Below are positions 19,068-29,266 of a DNA stretch of 58,914 nucleotides, in pieces (position 1 is the first letter of the stretch; each line of letters starts with the position of its first letter). A program made the position numbers and the translations under genes. Source of the DNA: a virus (Duplodnaviria > Caudoviricetes). The DNA lies in IMG/VR virus record IMGVR_UViG_3300037247_000395, positions 1 through 58,914 of that record; one strand, given 5' to 3'. The notes under the pieces are model-generated. The model had not been told where the DNA came from, searched no databases, and was given only the letters and a program-made list of their open reading frames with translations.

Positions 19068-19481
19068 ATGGGATATCAAGTACCGCGCAAAACAGCACGG
19101 CTGTCTTTCGAGGGCGAGGAGTACCAGGGCTTGGCCATCGAGGCTGCTATGGATCTCACCTTCGAGGCCCAGGAGCACTTCGAGAAGTTGCAGCGCGCAG
19201 AGGGCGAGGACAAGGGCAATCAGGCGATAGACTTCTTCGTTGAGAATTGCATCACCTCGTGGAACCTAGAAGACGAGAAGGGCGAGCCCCGGCCACTCAC
19301 CGGCGCAGCGCTTCGCAAGGAGCCTACCTGGTTCGCTGTACTCGTCATGAATACCTACACGGCGGCGGTGCGAAAGCTGTCCGAGGTGGACGCCCCTTTA
19401 GACGAGAAATCGCCGAATGGAAGCACGTCGATGGAAGCGCCGACGGCTGTCCCGGAGAACTCGCCCACGCCCGCTCTATAG
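19068..19481 (+). CDS. Tail assembly chaperone (G-like)
   Basis: Between tail tube and tape measure; 'SWNLEDEKGEP'. Confidence 0.8.
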   Translation: MGYQVPRKTARLSFEGEEYQGLAIEAAMDLTFEAQEHFEKLQRAEGEDKGNQAIDFFVENCITSWNLEDEKGEPRPLTGAALRKEPTWFAVLVMNTYTAAVRKLSEVDAPLDEKSPNGSTSMEAPTAVPENSPTPAL

Positions 19482-19621
19482 ACAATCTCTGTCGGCGCTG
19501 GTCGTGTCCGCCTAGCGTCGTGCTCCAGCAGGACATGCCCTCGGTTACGAGGATGCTGACCCTGATCGAACTGGGAAAGCCAACGGAGTCGGAAGAAGAA
19601 GATGGCCAGAAATACCGTTGA
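19394..19621 (+). CDS. Tail chaperone GT-like extension via -1 frameshift
   Basis: In-frame slippery heptamer C CCT TTA (19394-19400); -1 frame open to 19621. Confidence 0.8.
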   Translation, partial: PFRREIAEWKHVDGSADGCPGELAHARSIDNLCRRWSCPPSVVLQQDMPSVTRMLTLIELGKPTESEEEDGQKYR

Positions 19622-22598
19622 CATTCTGATCACGGCCAAGGATCAGGCCAGCGCCAAGCTCGACAAGATCAGCGGCAAGCTGAAGAAGCAGATGCCATTG
19701 GCGGCGGCGGCGGGCGCGGCTGCTATCGCGGGCATCGGTATCGCGGCTGTCAAGATGGCGTCGGACTTCGAGACGGCCTTCGCGGAGGTTACGACTCTCT
19801 TCGATGCACCCAAGGCCCAGGTAGACGAGCTACGCGCGGGCGTCCTTGATCTCTCAAAGGAGATGGGCGTAGATGCCACCGAGGCGACGCGGGCACTCTA
19901 CCAGGCCATTTCGGCCGGCGTTGCGCCGGACAACGCACTCGCCTTCCTGAATGAGAACGTCAAGCTGGCGGTCGGCGGCGTAACGGATCTAGCGACTGCG
20001 GTAGACCTCACCACCACGGTCATGAACGCTTTCGGACTAGCCGAAACTGAACTAACACGTATCAACGATGTCCTATTCGCTGGCGTTGTGGCGGGCAAGA
20101 CAACGATCGATGAGTTGGGGGCATCCATATTCAATGTGGCACCCGTCGCGGCTGCGGCTGGCGTAAGTATTGAAGGGGTTGTATCAGCGCTAGCAACATT
20201 AGCTGCCAGTGGTATGCCTACCAGTGTTGCTGCCACATCGCTGCGGACGGCTGTCGCTGAGTTGGGCAAGGAAGGCACAAAGGCCAATAAGGCGTTTACG
20301 GATATTGCTGGTGAGGGCTTCCGCGACTTCACTGCTGCGGGAGGCGATCTTGTGCAGGCCATGGAGTTGCTGAAGCAGAAGGCACAAGAGGAGAATAAAG
20401 CGGTTAGTGATTTGTTTGGCAGCTTAGAAGCTGGCGTAGCCATACAAGTGCTGGCGGGAGAAGGATTGCAAGCCTTCGGTACAAACCTCGATACTGCGCG
20501 TAACTCGGCGGGGATGAGTCAGGATGCCTTCGAGAAGATGAACGCCACCTTTGCGCGGCAGTTTGACATTCTGAAGGCCCAGGTGAACGTGGCCATGATC
20601 GAGTTGGGCAGTAGGATACTCCCAGCGCTGACGGACGCGATGCAGTTCCTCAGCGGAACGGCTGCACCAGCTGTGCGGGACATCTTCGAGGAATGGTTGC
20701 CGGTGCTGCGGCAAGCGGGCGAGGACATTCAGACCGTCGGCGACGCGGTGAAGGATTTCGGCAATTACGTTCTCGGGAATCAGTCAGCCATCATTGCCGC
20801 CATCGCTGCCATCGGGCTCGCCTTCGCCTGGGCGCTTCCTGGTCCGACAGGCGTGCTATTCGCCATTGGTGCCGTAGGGGCGGCAATCTTGCTTCTGCGT
20901 GCCAATGTTGAGGATCTTAGTCCTGCGATACTAGAACTTGAGCGAGCACTCCTTAAGAACATCGAGACTCTGGCCCAGTGGGCTCGCATTGGTGCTGGGG
21001 CTGCCGCTGTGGCCCTTGCGTTTACAGGGAACCTGACGGGTGCGGCGAAAGCGATTGCCTTGATGGTGGGTGCAAAAGTAGCGCTCGACGCCGCCAGTGA
21101 CCGATTAGATGATGTGAACACTGCGCTCTTTAAGGCGAATGCGCGGGCGGCTGCGGCTGACCTGTCCTTTATGGGTCTTAGTGAGGCTCTGGCCGACACA
21201 TCCGACAGCATGATCGCCGTCAATACGAGTGCGGGTGACTTTCCAGTCTTCATGTCACGGGCGGAGGCGAGCTTGACAGCTATATCGCTCGCTATGGACG
21301 AAGTCGCCAACAAGGGGCCGCAGGCCAGCGCAGCGCTGGAGCTCATGGCTGCTGTTGCGATAGCATCTGGGCAATCGTTCCGAAGCATGTCGATAGAAAT
21401 GCTCAGGACATCTGCTGTCATGAATGAAATGGCGCAGCAGTGGACATCGGTGAACGCTTCAATCCAGGGCTTCGGTACGCCGACAGACATTCAGGCTGCT
21501 ATCAACAGAATCATGGCTATCACACTGCCGAGCGCGACTGGTGGCGGCGGCGGAGGCGGGGGAGGCGGCGGCGGGGGGCTCGGCAGTAGCCTCGGCGTGG
21601 CCATCGGCGACAACATCATCGACGGTATCGAGACAGCCTTCCTAGACCGCCCGGCGGTCGGCCCGGAAGAGCTCAAGCGCATCATGGAGTTTCTGCTGGC
21701 GGCGGACTTCACCACTGTCGGTGATCAGCTCCGCTTCGTGCAGGCGCTAGCCGACCAGGCGGCGGCGGCGTTTGGCAATGCAGTGGATGCCCTAGCGCGG
21801 CTCTCAGGCATAAGCACGCGTGAACTTGAGCTACGTCTTGGCCTTCGTGACGAACTCGAAGAGGTGAACACTGCCCTCGCTATCGTGGCTGACCAACTGG
21901 GCATGACCGAAGCCGAAGTGCTGGCGTTGCTGGGGCCGACGCAGCAACTCACAGAGGCGGAAGACGAACTGGCAGAGGCTACCAACCGGGTGACGCGCAG
22001 CCTTGGTGAGCAAGTCTCAATTTACGAGCTTTTCGACGCTGCATTCGAAGAGCACCGCCGGCAGCTCGCTGCCCTTATACCGCCTATCAATGATGTGATC
22101 GGTGGCTTCTCCAGGTTCTTCGACTTGACGCGAGAGCAAGTAGAGGAATTCCTGCACTCATTTCCTCAGCTTGGCGACGCGATGGATGCCGCTTTCCTGC
22201 GAGGCATCGAAGACCTACGCGACATGCTCAAGTTCTGGGGGCTCAACAAGGACGCAATCGATCTGATCATAGAGGGGCTGACCGATATGGAGGCCGCTGC
22301 TAATGCTGACGCTGACGCAGTGGCGCGGATCAACGACGAACTCAACAATCTCACGAGTATCCTCGGCGGCTTGGAGCGGTTCTCTATGGGCGCATCCTTG
22401 CTTCTCCTTGAGCAGCTTGGCTTCAGCAGGCCGGGCACTGGTGAGGCGGGCGCGCTAGAGGTACCCAATCCTGTAGCGGCTCGTGCCCTGGCAGCGGGCA
22501 ACCCGGCCTCGACCATCGTCAACGTGTTCCCAGATCAGATCATCATTCAGGGCGATCCCCAGGCGGGGCTAGATGCACTAGGTGCCAGCTTTGTCTGA
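19602..22598 (+). CDS. Tape measure protein
   Basis: 998 aa, Ala-rich helical, 'ILITAKDQAS' N-terminus, TP901-like core 'ALYQAISAG...GKTT..EL'. Confidence 0.95.
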   Translation: MARNTVDILITAKDQASAKLDKISGKLKKQMPLAAAAGAAAIAGIGIAAVKMASDFETAFAEVTTLFDAPKAQVDELRAGVLDLSKEMGVDATEATRALYQAISAGVAPDNALAFLNENVKLAVGGVTDLATAVDLTTTVMNAFGLAETELTRINDVLFAGVVAGKTTIDELGASIFNVAPVAAAAGVSIEGVVSALATLAASGMPTSVAATSLRTAVAELGKEGTKANKAFTDIAGEGFRDFTAAGGDLVQAMELLKQKAQEENKAVSDLFGSLEAGVAIQVLAGEGLQAFGTNLDTARNSAGMSQDAFEKMNATFARQFDILKAQVNVAMIELGSRILPALTDAMQFLSGTAAPAVRDIFEEWLPVLRQAGEDIQTVGDAVKDFGNYVLGNQSAIIAAIAAIGLAFAWALPGPTGVLFAIGAVGAAILLLRANVEDLSPAILELERALLKNIETLAQWARIGAGAAAVALAFTGNLTGAAKAIALMVGAKVALDAASDRLDDVNTALFKANARAAAADLSFMGLSEALADTSDSMIAVNTSAGDFPVFMSRAEASLTAISLAMDEVANKGPQASAALELMAAVAIASGQSFRSMSIEMLRTSAVMNEMAQQWTSVNASIQGFGTPTDIQAAINRIMAITLPSATGGGGGGGGGGGGGLGSSLGVAIGDNIIDGIETAFLDRPAVGPEELKRIMEFLLAADFTTVGDQLRFVQALADQAAAAFGNAVDALARLSGISTRELELRLGLRDELEEVNTALAIVADQLGMTEAEVLALLGPTQQLTEAEDELAEATNRVTRSLGEQVSIYELFDAAFEEHRRQLAALIPPINDVIGGFSRFFDLTREQVEEFLHSFPQLGDAMDAAFLRGIEDLRDMLKFWGLNKDAIDLIIEGLTDMEAAANADADAVARINDELNNLTSILGGLERFSMGASLLLLEQLGFSRPGTGEAGALEVPNPVAARALAAGNPASTIVNVFPDQIIIQGDPQAGLDALGASFV

Positions 22599-25284
22599 GT
22601 ATACATACGCCCCACAGACGTTTGCTGGCGAAGACCTCACCGCCTCGCCGTTTACCGACGTCAAGTTTCGACCAGCCAACAGCCCCGTAACCTCGCGGCC
22701 CATGGCACCTGTCGGCGCGGCGGTTGTTTCACGTGGAACACAGGACGTTAGGGCGCAGCCTAGGCCGGCAGTCTGGGAATTGCACTGCATTCTCACGGGC
22801 AGTACCGACGCGCTCCTACTGGCCTTCCACAGGGTATTCAACGAGGATCGGGGCCTAGCTAACCTCGTGGCTAATGACGGCGATGGGAATGCTTGGAGGG
22901 TCGAGTGCCGCGTGATCGGCGTTGACCGCCACCCCGAAAACAGGGCGTACTTCATCGTCAGGCTCTACGTCCCCAATCCCGTCTGGGAGGAGAACGTCGC
23001 TGACACCGACACTGCGACGAACCCCATGACGGGCGACAGCGACACGATAGCCATCGTCAACTCAGGCAACCGCAAGGCGCGGCCCACCTTCACCCTCACG
23101 CCGCAGACGGTAAAGGACACGCTGGTCGATGACTTCGCCCTGTCGCTGCGCGGCTTCGTGGTGAACCGAAGTCCGTACCCCTTCAAGAACTATCCAGTGC
23201 AACTCTTCGCCACGGCGGACGGCGCAGGCGACTACGACACAGCGGCGCTGGTGAAGGTGGCCGCCGATACGGCGGCTCTGAATGGCAATATCAACGCCTC
23301 CATTACGAGCATCGCTTTCGATGGCGAGGCGGGCGCGGGGCTCGATAGCCCGGACGGCATGATCTTTATCGAAGACGAGCAAATCTATTACACGGGCAAT
23401 GACGGTAGTACGCTGACGGGCTGTGTTCGGGGTATCGGCGGCACCACGGCGGCGGGGCATACTGACCCCAACACAATCACCAGGAGCCGGATACTAGAGA
23501 ACGGCGACGACATCGTTGTGTGGATCAACGGCGTCCGAGTCGAGCGCTGGCTGCACGGCATGAACACCGCCAATACGAAACTCTGGGTCAACCTCTCTGG
23601 GCCTGCCCGCAAGAAGATGACAGCGCGGGCAGCCGTTGATGTAAAGGGCATCGAATCCAATGATCCTGCGGATGGTGGCACTTGGCGTGTTGAGGAAGAC
23701 ATTTCTGATATGCCCGAGAGCGGTCAGTTTGTTGTGGACGATGAACTGATCACCTACACGGGCCGCGACCTAGCGGGCAAGGGCTTCACCACAATCGAGC
23801 GCGGAGCCTGGGGTAGCACGGCGGCGGGCCACACGCCGGGCACCGATCCTGTCTACCGCTGCGACTACCTGTTCATCATCGGTGCGAGCATGGGCCGGGC
23901 TACGTTCTTCCCGCCGGAGGCGTCGATAGAGCGGCGACCCTGCATCCAGCTCGGAGCCAGCCTGCCCAACAAGTGGTACTACGGCGACGAGTCCGACGAT
24001 TCCGAGACGGCGTTCTTGGACAAGGCGCACCCGAACCGTAGCGCTCAATTCCGCGCCTTGAAGCAACAGGCCAGCGATGATCTCGCGCCCGCGTTGCGGC
24101 TTGAGCAATCCGAGGATCAGGTGGGCTTCAAGGATGCCGCCCCAGCTGCCGGCAAGCTCGACACCAACCAGCTCACGCTAAGCCTCGCCGTGCCGATTGA
24201 GGCGGCGGCGAACGCTATCACGTATGACGCGCAGCCGCGTCTCGCCACGCGCCTACTTATGAAGGCGCGGGACGAAGCTGGCCTAGAGGTCGATCTGGCA
24301 GACCTTCAGGACGTAGACGAAGGCCACCTAGCGGCTGAGCAGATCACCCCTGCGTCGCGGTTCCCGGAGCTGAGCCTTATGGCCGTGAGTGGCGTTATCA
24401 CCGGCAGCAAGACCGGCACTGACGCGCTTAGTATGGCGACGCCCGGCTATGCGATTCACCAGAAGTTTGTGCTGAATCAGGACAGCACTGTTACTGAGTT
24501 TCAACTCTCTCTACACCGAGCCAGTTCAGGTGATGACTTCACGTTTGATGTGGACTTAACGGACAATGCCGATCCAGATGATCCAGCTAATAATAATGTC
24601 TTGCTGAGCCTCGGGAGTGGCATTTCAGATGACACTCTGGAGGAGAGTCCTGCATACGCCTATGAGGGTTATCAGCCAGCAACCCCATTGCGCTTGGCTG
24701 CTGGCACATATGGGCTGCGGCTGACCTTGCTCAGCATCGTCAGCGGCACCCTCCGTTGGCGCACTGGTGTGGTGCATACGCCGAACGACCGTTGTTATTT
24801 CGAGGATGCCAGTCCCGCTTTTGAGGATGGCATAGCGGCCGTCTTCAACATCATCCACGACGGCACAGGCCCCGTCCAGGCGGAAGCTGAGAACCTTCGG
24901 CAAGAAACAGAAGCCGACTACGACAAGCTGATCCTCGACCTTGATGACGCGGCGGCGGACAACATGGTGCCCCAGGTGCGCCGCGAGGCCAGCTTCGGCG
25001 TTACGATGTACCACTTCAACGGCGTGCTCACCAACGACCTCAACTCCGACACCCTCACCTTCGACGTGTGGGTACCGCTCACGAAGGTGCTCACGATTGA
25101 CTGCGAGGATCAGGTGGTGACGCTGGTGGAGGGAAACCACTCCATGCAGCTCGCAGCGGCGGTGACGCCTACCGATATTACCGAGTGGGCCGCCGCAGAG
25201 CCCGGCACCAACACCTTCACCTGGACGGAAGCGGGCATGACGGATACTGATCTCGCGGCGTCGCACAGGGGGGTGAAGGTGTAG
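22582..25284 (+). CDS. Large distal tail/baseplate protein
   Basis: Follows tape measure; Dit-like N- and C-termini ('N.GN..A.P', 'PG.N.F') around inserted domains. Confidence 0.7.
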   Translation: MPALSEYTYAPQTFAGEDLTASPFTDVKFRPANSPVTSRPMAPVGAAVVSRGTQDVRAQPRPAVWELHCILTGSTDALLLAFHRVFNEDRGLANLVANDGDGNAWRVECRVIGVDRHPENRAYFIVRLYVPNPVWEENVADTDTATNPMTGDSDTIAIVNSGNRKARPTFTLTPQTVKDTLVDDFALSLRGFVVNRSPYPFKNYPVQLFATADGAGDYDTAALVKVAADTAALNGNINASITSIAFDGEAGAGLDSPDGMIFIEDEQIYYTGNDGSTLTGCVRGIGGTTAAGHTDPNTITRSRILENGDDIVVWINGVRVERWLHGMNTANTKLWVNLSGPARKKMTARAAVDVKGIESNDPADGGTWRVEEDISDMPESGQFVVDDELITYTGRDLAGKGFTTIERGAWGSTAAGHTPGTDPVYRCDYLFIIGASMGRATFFPPEASIERRPCIQLGASLPNKWYYGDESDDSETAFLDKAHPNRSAQFRALKQQASDDLAPALRLEQSEDQVGFKDAAPAAGKLDTNQLTLSLAVPIEAAANAITYDAQPRLATRLLMKARDEAGLEVDLADLQDVDEGHLAAEQITPASRFPELSLMAVSGVITGSKTGTDALSMATPGYAIHQKFVLNQDSTVTEFQLSLHRASSGDDFTFDVDLTDNADPDDPANNNVLLSLGSGISDDTLEESPAYAYEGYQPATPLRLAAGTYGLRLTLLSIVSGTLRWRTGVVHTPNDRCYFEDASPAFEDGIAAVFNIIHDGTGPVQAEAENLRQETEADYDKLILDLDDAAADNMVPQVRREASFGVTMYHFNGVLTNDLNSDTLTFDVWVPLTKVLTIDCEDQVVTLVEGNHSMQLAAAVTPTDITEWAAAEPGTNTFTWTEAGMTDTDLAASHRGVKV

Positions 25285-28200
25285 ATGGCCGACTGGCTTC
25301 CCGGCTATAACAAGCGACTTAGGCTTTCGGTTGATTCCAGCCTAGTATCGGCGGACGTTGCAGACTTCACATTGCATCTACGGCTCGCCTCCGATGCGGG
25401 TATCACTAGTGCAGACCTCACGACGATCTTCGATGATCTGAAGTACGTCACCGATGGTGAGTACAAGATCGCGGTAACGCTGGTAGATGGCACGACACAG
25501 ATCGCGGTCGAGATCGCCATGTGGGATTGGGCGAATGAGAAGGCACACCTTTGGGTTGGGCCGGTCGATCTAAGCGCGGGTTCCAGCGTCGCTCTCTATC
25601 TCTACTGGAACGCCTCTCGCTCAGCGAACACACTCTATGTGGGCGATGCCTGGAATAATGATCCGAGTGCACCCTGGGATGCTAGCTATCTAGGTGTCTG
25701 GCACATGGGCGATGGCCCCGCCCTTACCGAAAGAGCAGATGAGCTGAGCGGTCTGCCGACGGATGCCAGCGGTAGCGCAGTCTGGCAGGGCATCGCGGTC
25801 GATGAGGTTGGCGGTAGTTGGTACTTGATTTCAAGTGAGGGGCCTAGTGGCGCAGCAGGTGCCCCTTCGGCCAGCGATGAGAATGTACTACGAAAATATG
25901 GCATCGCTTCTAAGACGGAGCAGGAATACAATGATACTGCGTACACGCCCCAAGTAGATTTCAAATTCTCGACTGGCGCGGTGATTGACGGCAAGCTCTA
26001 CATCACAGTGCGGAGCAATTTGGGCGCGGAGCCAGAGACCTGGGCTCACGTCGCGTCATACAACTTGAGCACGTTAGCGCAGATTGATGATCAAGATGTT
26101 GCCTTCGGTAGCTATGCCTTCCCGGAGGGCGTGGCCAAGCATTCGATAGACGGTGCGACGACCTACTGGTGGGTGATGTTCGGCGGCAGAGGTTCTAGCG
26201 GCACCGCCGATGGTAAGAAATGTGTGTTGGTGCGCTACGACTACCCAGGCTGGGCAAATCCGGTCGCCTACGAGCTGTTCGACAGCATCCCCGCTAACAA
26301 GTTCGGCCTTCAGGATGTCAAATGGATTTCGGACACGGACTTCATCGGCACGATCCATGACTCCGGCCCGCCTCTGAGGCGTGGCTATGTCGAACAGTGG
26401 CATTGGAACGGGAGCGGCTTCGATCATGTCCGCCGCTGGGCAGTGCCGGTAGACTCTGGAGCCAATTTGCTCGGCCAGGGCTTGGTGGACTTGGCCGCTG
26501 ATGCTACTACGTGGTATCTCGCAGGCCGGCATTCGGATCGGCTTGTTGAATGCAAGATGGACCCCCACGTAACATTCGGTTCGCTGCACTGTCCCGACAC
26601 CTCTCCGAACACCGACAAGCCGGATGGACAGAGCTCGGCGGAAGCCACATCTCCGACGCAGCAGGCGGATGATAAGACGGGCTACGGGCAGGACTTCGAC
26701 TTTGCCGCTAGCGAGTACCTGGATTGCGGGCAGAGTTCCAACCTGAATCCTGCTGATGCCTTCACTATCGAGGTGGTGATCTCCGTTGACGCCTTCCAGG
26801 CAGCCGATGGTGGCAGGGATACACTAGTCTATCTGCAACGTGGCATCTATCTACAGGTGCGCGGTGACGGAGCTAACGCCAACAAGGTCGCTGTCTTTCT
26901 GACTGGCGCTGGGGACACGTATTGGTTTTCTAGCGCCCTAAGCACGAGCACGCGCTACACGATCAGGGTGACGTGGGATGGTACGACGGTGCGCCTCTAC
27001 ATCGATGGCGTTGAGGACACGGGCGGTGATTTCCCCGTAACGCAGTCGGGAACAATCAGCTACACGGGAACGGACAAGCATGGCATTGGGGCTGAATTGA
27101 TCCCGCCGAGTGCTCCGTATCGGTTCTTCGACGGTCAGCAAATGGAAGTGCGCGTCATGAATGAGGGGAGGTCCGATGCTGATGCGCTAGCGTCCTACCA
27201 CAACAATGAAGATACCCTGATCACGTGGGCGGCGCTTGAGATAGCACCAGTAATGCCAGGCGGCGGAGTCGTTATCAAGTTCCGCGACCCCTACTCGCCT
27301 CACCGCGAACTCGGCGAGGCCCGCGCCGTGGTAGGCTCTCTAGCCTACGGCTTCGTTCTAAACAGGGCAAGCAGGGCAACATTCAAGATCAGCCGTGGTG
27401 ATGCTCTGGTGAGTAGCAACCCTGACGCCCTGGCACTGGGCCGTATGGTCACGCTAGAGCGCTCAGATGGACTTCTGCCCTGGGTTGGCTACATCACACA
27501 GACGGATATGGATACCGCCGATCCAGAGGCGTCATTTATCTGTACCGATTGGGCGGGTACTCTCTTCGAGAGGGCGCGCACAGCTAAGGGCTGGGCAGCC
27601 CAAGAGCTATCATCGGGTGAGCTCATCAGGCGCGTCCATGAGGAGGCTGACGCTCGTGGCGAGCCGCCGCTACCCTGTGACCTCGATACTGAGGCAGGGC
27701 CGGCCGTTCCCTATACGCCCAAGATGGAAACCTTCTTAGCGTTTCTTCGGGACATGGCCGCGCGTACGGGCTGGGAATGGGCTATGCGTTACAGCGTGGG
27801 GGCGACAGTCGGCGCTACTCTAAAATGGACGGGCAGTATAGGCTTCGATCGAAGCGGCGAGGTGGCGTTTCAACAAGGGCGACACTTCCAGCGGGCAAGG
27901 CTCACGCGTAGCATAGAGGGCCACATCAGCGCAGCCGTGGCCGTGGGCGGCACAGGGGCATTCGGTGCTCGCCCAGCAGCGCAGGTGAACCAAGCGGGTC
28001 GACAGGACAGCGGCATCGCTGCACAGAAAAGCGGCTTCGGGCCTCCGAACTCGCCGGCGCTCGCTGGTACTCGGGTATTAGTGGACCCAGTTGTCACGAC
28101 TACGGATGCACTGCTAGCCTCAGCGCGAAGTACGTTTACCTCGCCGGATTACGTCAAGGAACGGCCAACCCTGTCCATTGTGGAATCCACCATCGACATG

Positions 28201-28341
28201 AAGAAGATCGAGCTGGGCAGCCGGTATAGCGTCAAGTTCACCAGCCTTGATCTGGGCCTGGGGTATGAGCGTGTCGTGCGCGTGGTGGCCATTGACCTCT
28301 CGGAATCGGGTATCATGCAGTTGGTTGTGGAGGTCCAGTGA
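25285..28341 (+). CDS. Tail tip protein (DUF2341-like N-terminus, LamG domain, Tal-like C-terminus)
   Basis: 'EIAMWD...AHLWV...LYLYW...YLGVWHM'; 'VTWDGTTVRLYIDG'. Confidence 0.7.
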   Translation: MADWLPGYNKRLRLSVDSSLVSADVADFTLHLRLASDAGITSADLTTIFDDLKYVTDGEYKIAVTLVDGTTQIAVEIAMWDWANEKAHLWVGPVDLSAGSSVALYLYWNASRSANTLYVGDAWNNDPSAPWDASYLGVWHMGDGPALTERADELSGLPTDASGSAVWQGIAVDEVGGSWYLISSEGPSGAAGAPSASDENVLRKYGIASKTEQEYNDTAYTPQVDFKFSTGAVIDGKLYITVRSNLGAEPETWAHVASYNLSTLAQIDDQDVAFGSYAFPEGVAKHSIDGATTYWWVMFGGRGSSGTADGKKCVLVRYDYPGWANPVAYELFDSIPANKFGLQDVKWISDTDFIGTIHDSGPPLRRGYVEQWHWNGSGFDHVRRWAVPVDSGANLLGQGLVDLAADATTWYLAGRHSDRLVECKMDPHVTFGSLHCPDTSPNTDKPDGQSSAEATSPTQQADDKTGYGQDFDFAASEYLDCGQSSNLNPADAFTIEVVISVDAFQAADGGRDTLVYLQRGIYLQVRGDGANANKVAVFLTGAGDTYWFSSALSTSTRYTIRVTWDGTTVRLYIDGVEDTGGDFPVTQSGTISYTGTDKHGIGAELIPPSAPYRFFDGQQMEVRVMNEGRSDADALASYHNNEDTLITWAALEIAPVMPGGGVVIKFRDPYSPHRELGEARAVVGSLAYGFVLNRASRATFKISRGDALVSSNPDALALGRMVTLERSDGLLPWVGYITQTDMDTADPEASFICTDWAGTLFERARTAKGWAAQELSSGELIRRVHEEADARGEPPLPCDLDTEAGPAVPYTPKMETFLAFLRDMAARTGWEWAMRYSVGATVGATLKWTGSIGFDRSGEVAFQQGRHFQRARLTRSIEGHISAAVAVGGTGAFGARPAAQVNQAGRQDSGIAAQKSGFGPPNSPALAGTRVLVDPVVTTTDALLASARSTFTSPDYVKERPTLSIVESTIDMKKIELGSRYSVKFTSLDLGLGYERVVRVVAIDLSESGIMQLVVEVQ

Positions 28342-28579
28342 TGCCGCCTGACCCGAACATGATCGCCAAGCCGGAGGGCTCGTTTCTGCGACTACTGGAG
28401 CGCCTGCGAGATGCTGCCCGAAAGGCTGAGCGCGAATGAGCCCCGAGCGCCCGATTCGAGTGGTAACGCCTAGGCGGTGGATACAGGTTGACCCAGTGCT
28501 CATAGCGCGGCCCGAGGCGCGTGTTGTGCGAGAACTGGTGGCTATCGCCGAGACGCTGGACAGAACGGCGCGAGAGTAG
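28341..28579 (+). other. Two tiny paralogous ORFs (28341-28439, 28436-28579)
   Basis: Translationally coupled; 'DPNMIAKPE' versus 'DPVLIARPE'. Confidence 0.55.
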
Positions 28580-29266
28580 ATGGTCGATACGGCTCGGACC
28601 CTTGCTGCGCTGCAAGCGCTCCTGGCTGACAACGTAACAGCCGATATCTCACCTCAGGATGTGCGAGACTTCCTCGCAAGTGTCTTCCCCCAGACCACCA
28701 AGGGAGACCTTCCGGGCATCGCCGCTACGGGTGTCATCGGGCGGCTCGGCATCGGTGCTAATGATACGATGCTGGTGGCGGACTCCGGGCAGGCGTTAGG
28801 GTTCAAGTGGGCGGCAATAGCGGTTTTGGTGGATGGCTCCCGGCCCCTCACAGGTGATTGGGATAACATCGGACGTAGGATTAGGAATACAGGTGTGGCG
28901 GAAGTGGCGGCGGCAGCCCCCGCGACCCCAGCTACAGGGCTGCTTTGGCTTGACACGGATGCTACTGGGACGGGGGGCCTCGGCGTCCTGAACGTCACGA
29001 CGATCACTTCAGACGACACGCTGACGACTTCTCAGACTGTCGTGTTGTGTGACGCCTCCTCTGGGGCTATCACGGTCACGCTGCCAGCGGCGTCCGGGAA
29101 CGATGGGCGGCACTACCACGTCAAGAAGATCGACTCCTCTGGGAACGCTGTCACGATAGACGGGAACGGGAGCGAGACGATAGATGGGGAGACAACACAA
29201 GTGATCACGATGCAATATAATTCCATCAACATCGTATGTGACGGAAGCGCTTGGTATATCTTATGA
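28580..29266 (+). CDS. Tail fibre/minor tail protein
   Basis: 'ISPQDVRD', 'ITVTLPAA...KKIDSSGNAVTI...ETIDG'. Confidence 0.7.
   Translation: MVDTARTLAALQALLADNVTADISPQDVRDFLASVFPQTTKGDLPGIAATGVIGRLGIGANDTMLVADSGQALGFKWAAIAVLVDGSRPLTGDWDNIGRRIRNTGVAEVAAAAPATPATGLLWLDTDATGTGGLGVLNVTTITSDDTLTTSQTVVLCDASSGAITVTLPAASGNDGRHYHVKKIDSSGNAVTIDGNGSETIDGETTQVITMQYNSINIVCDGSAWYIL

Noticed and set aside
21540-21580. GGC repeat in the tape measure gene as a phase-variable tract
   Set aside because: Imperfect in-frame poly-Gly linker; slippage would not change the frame.
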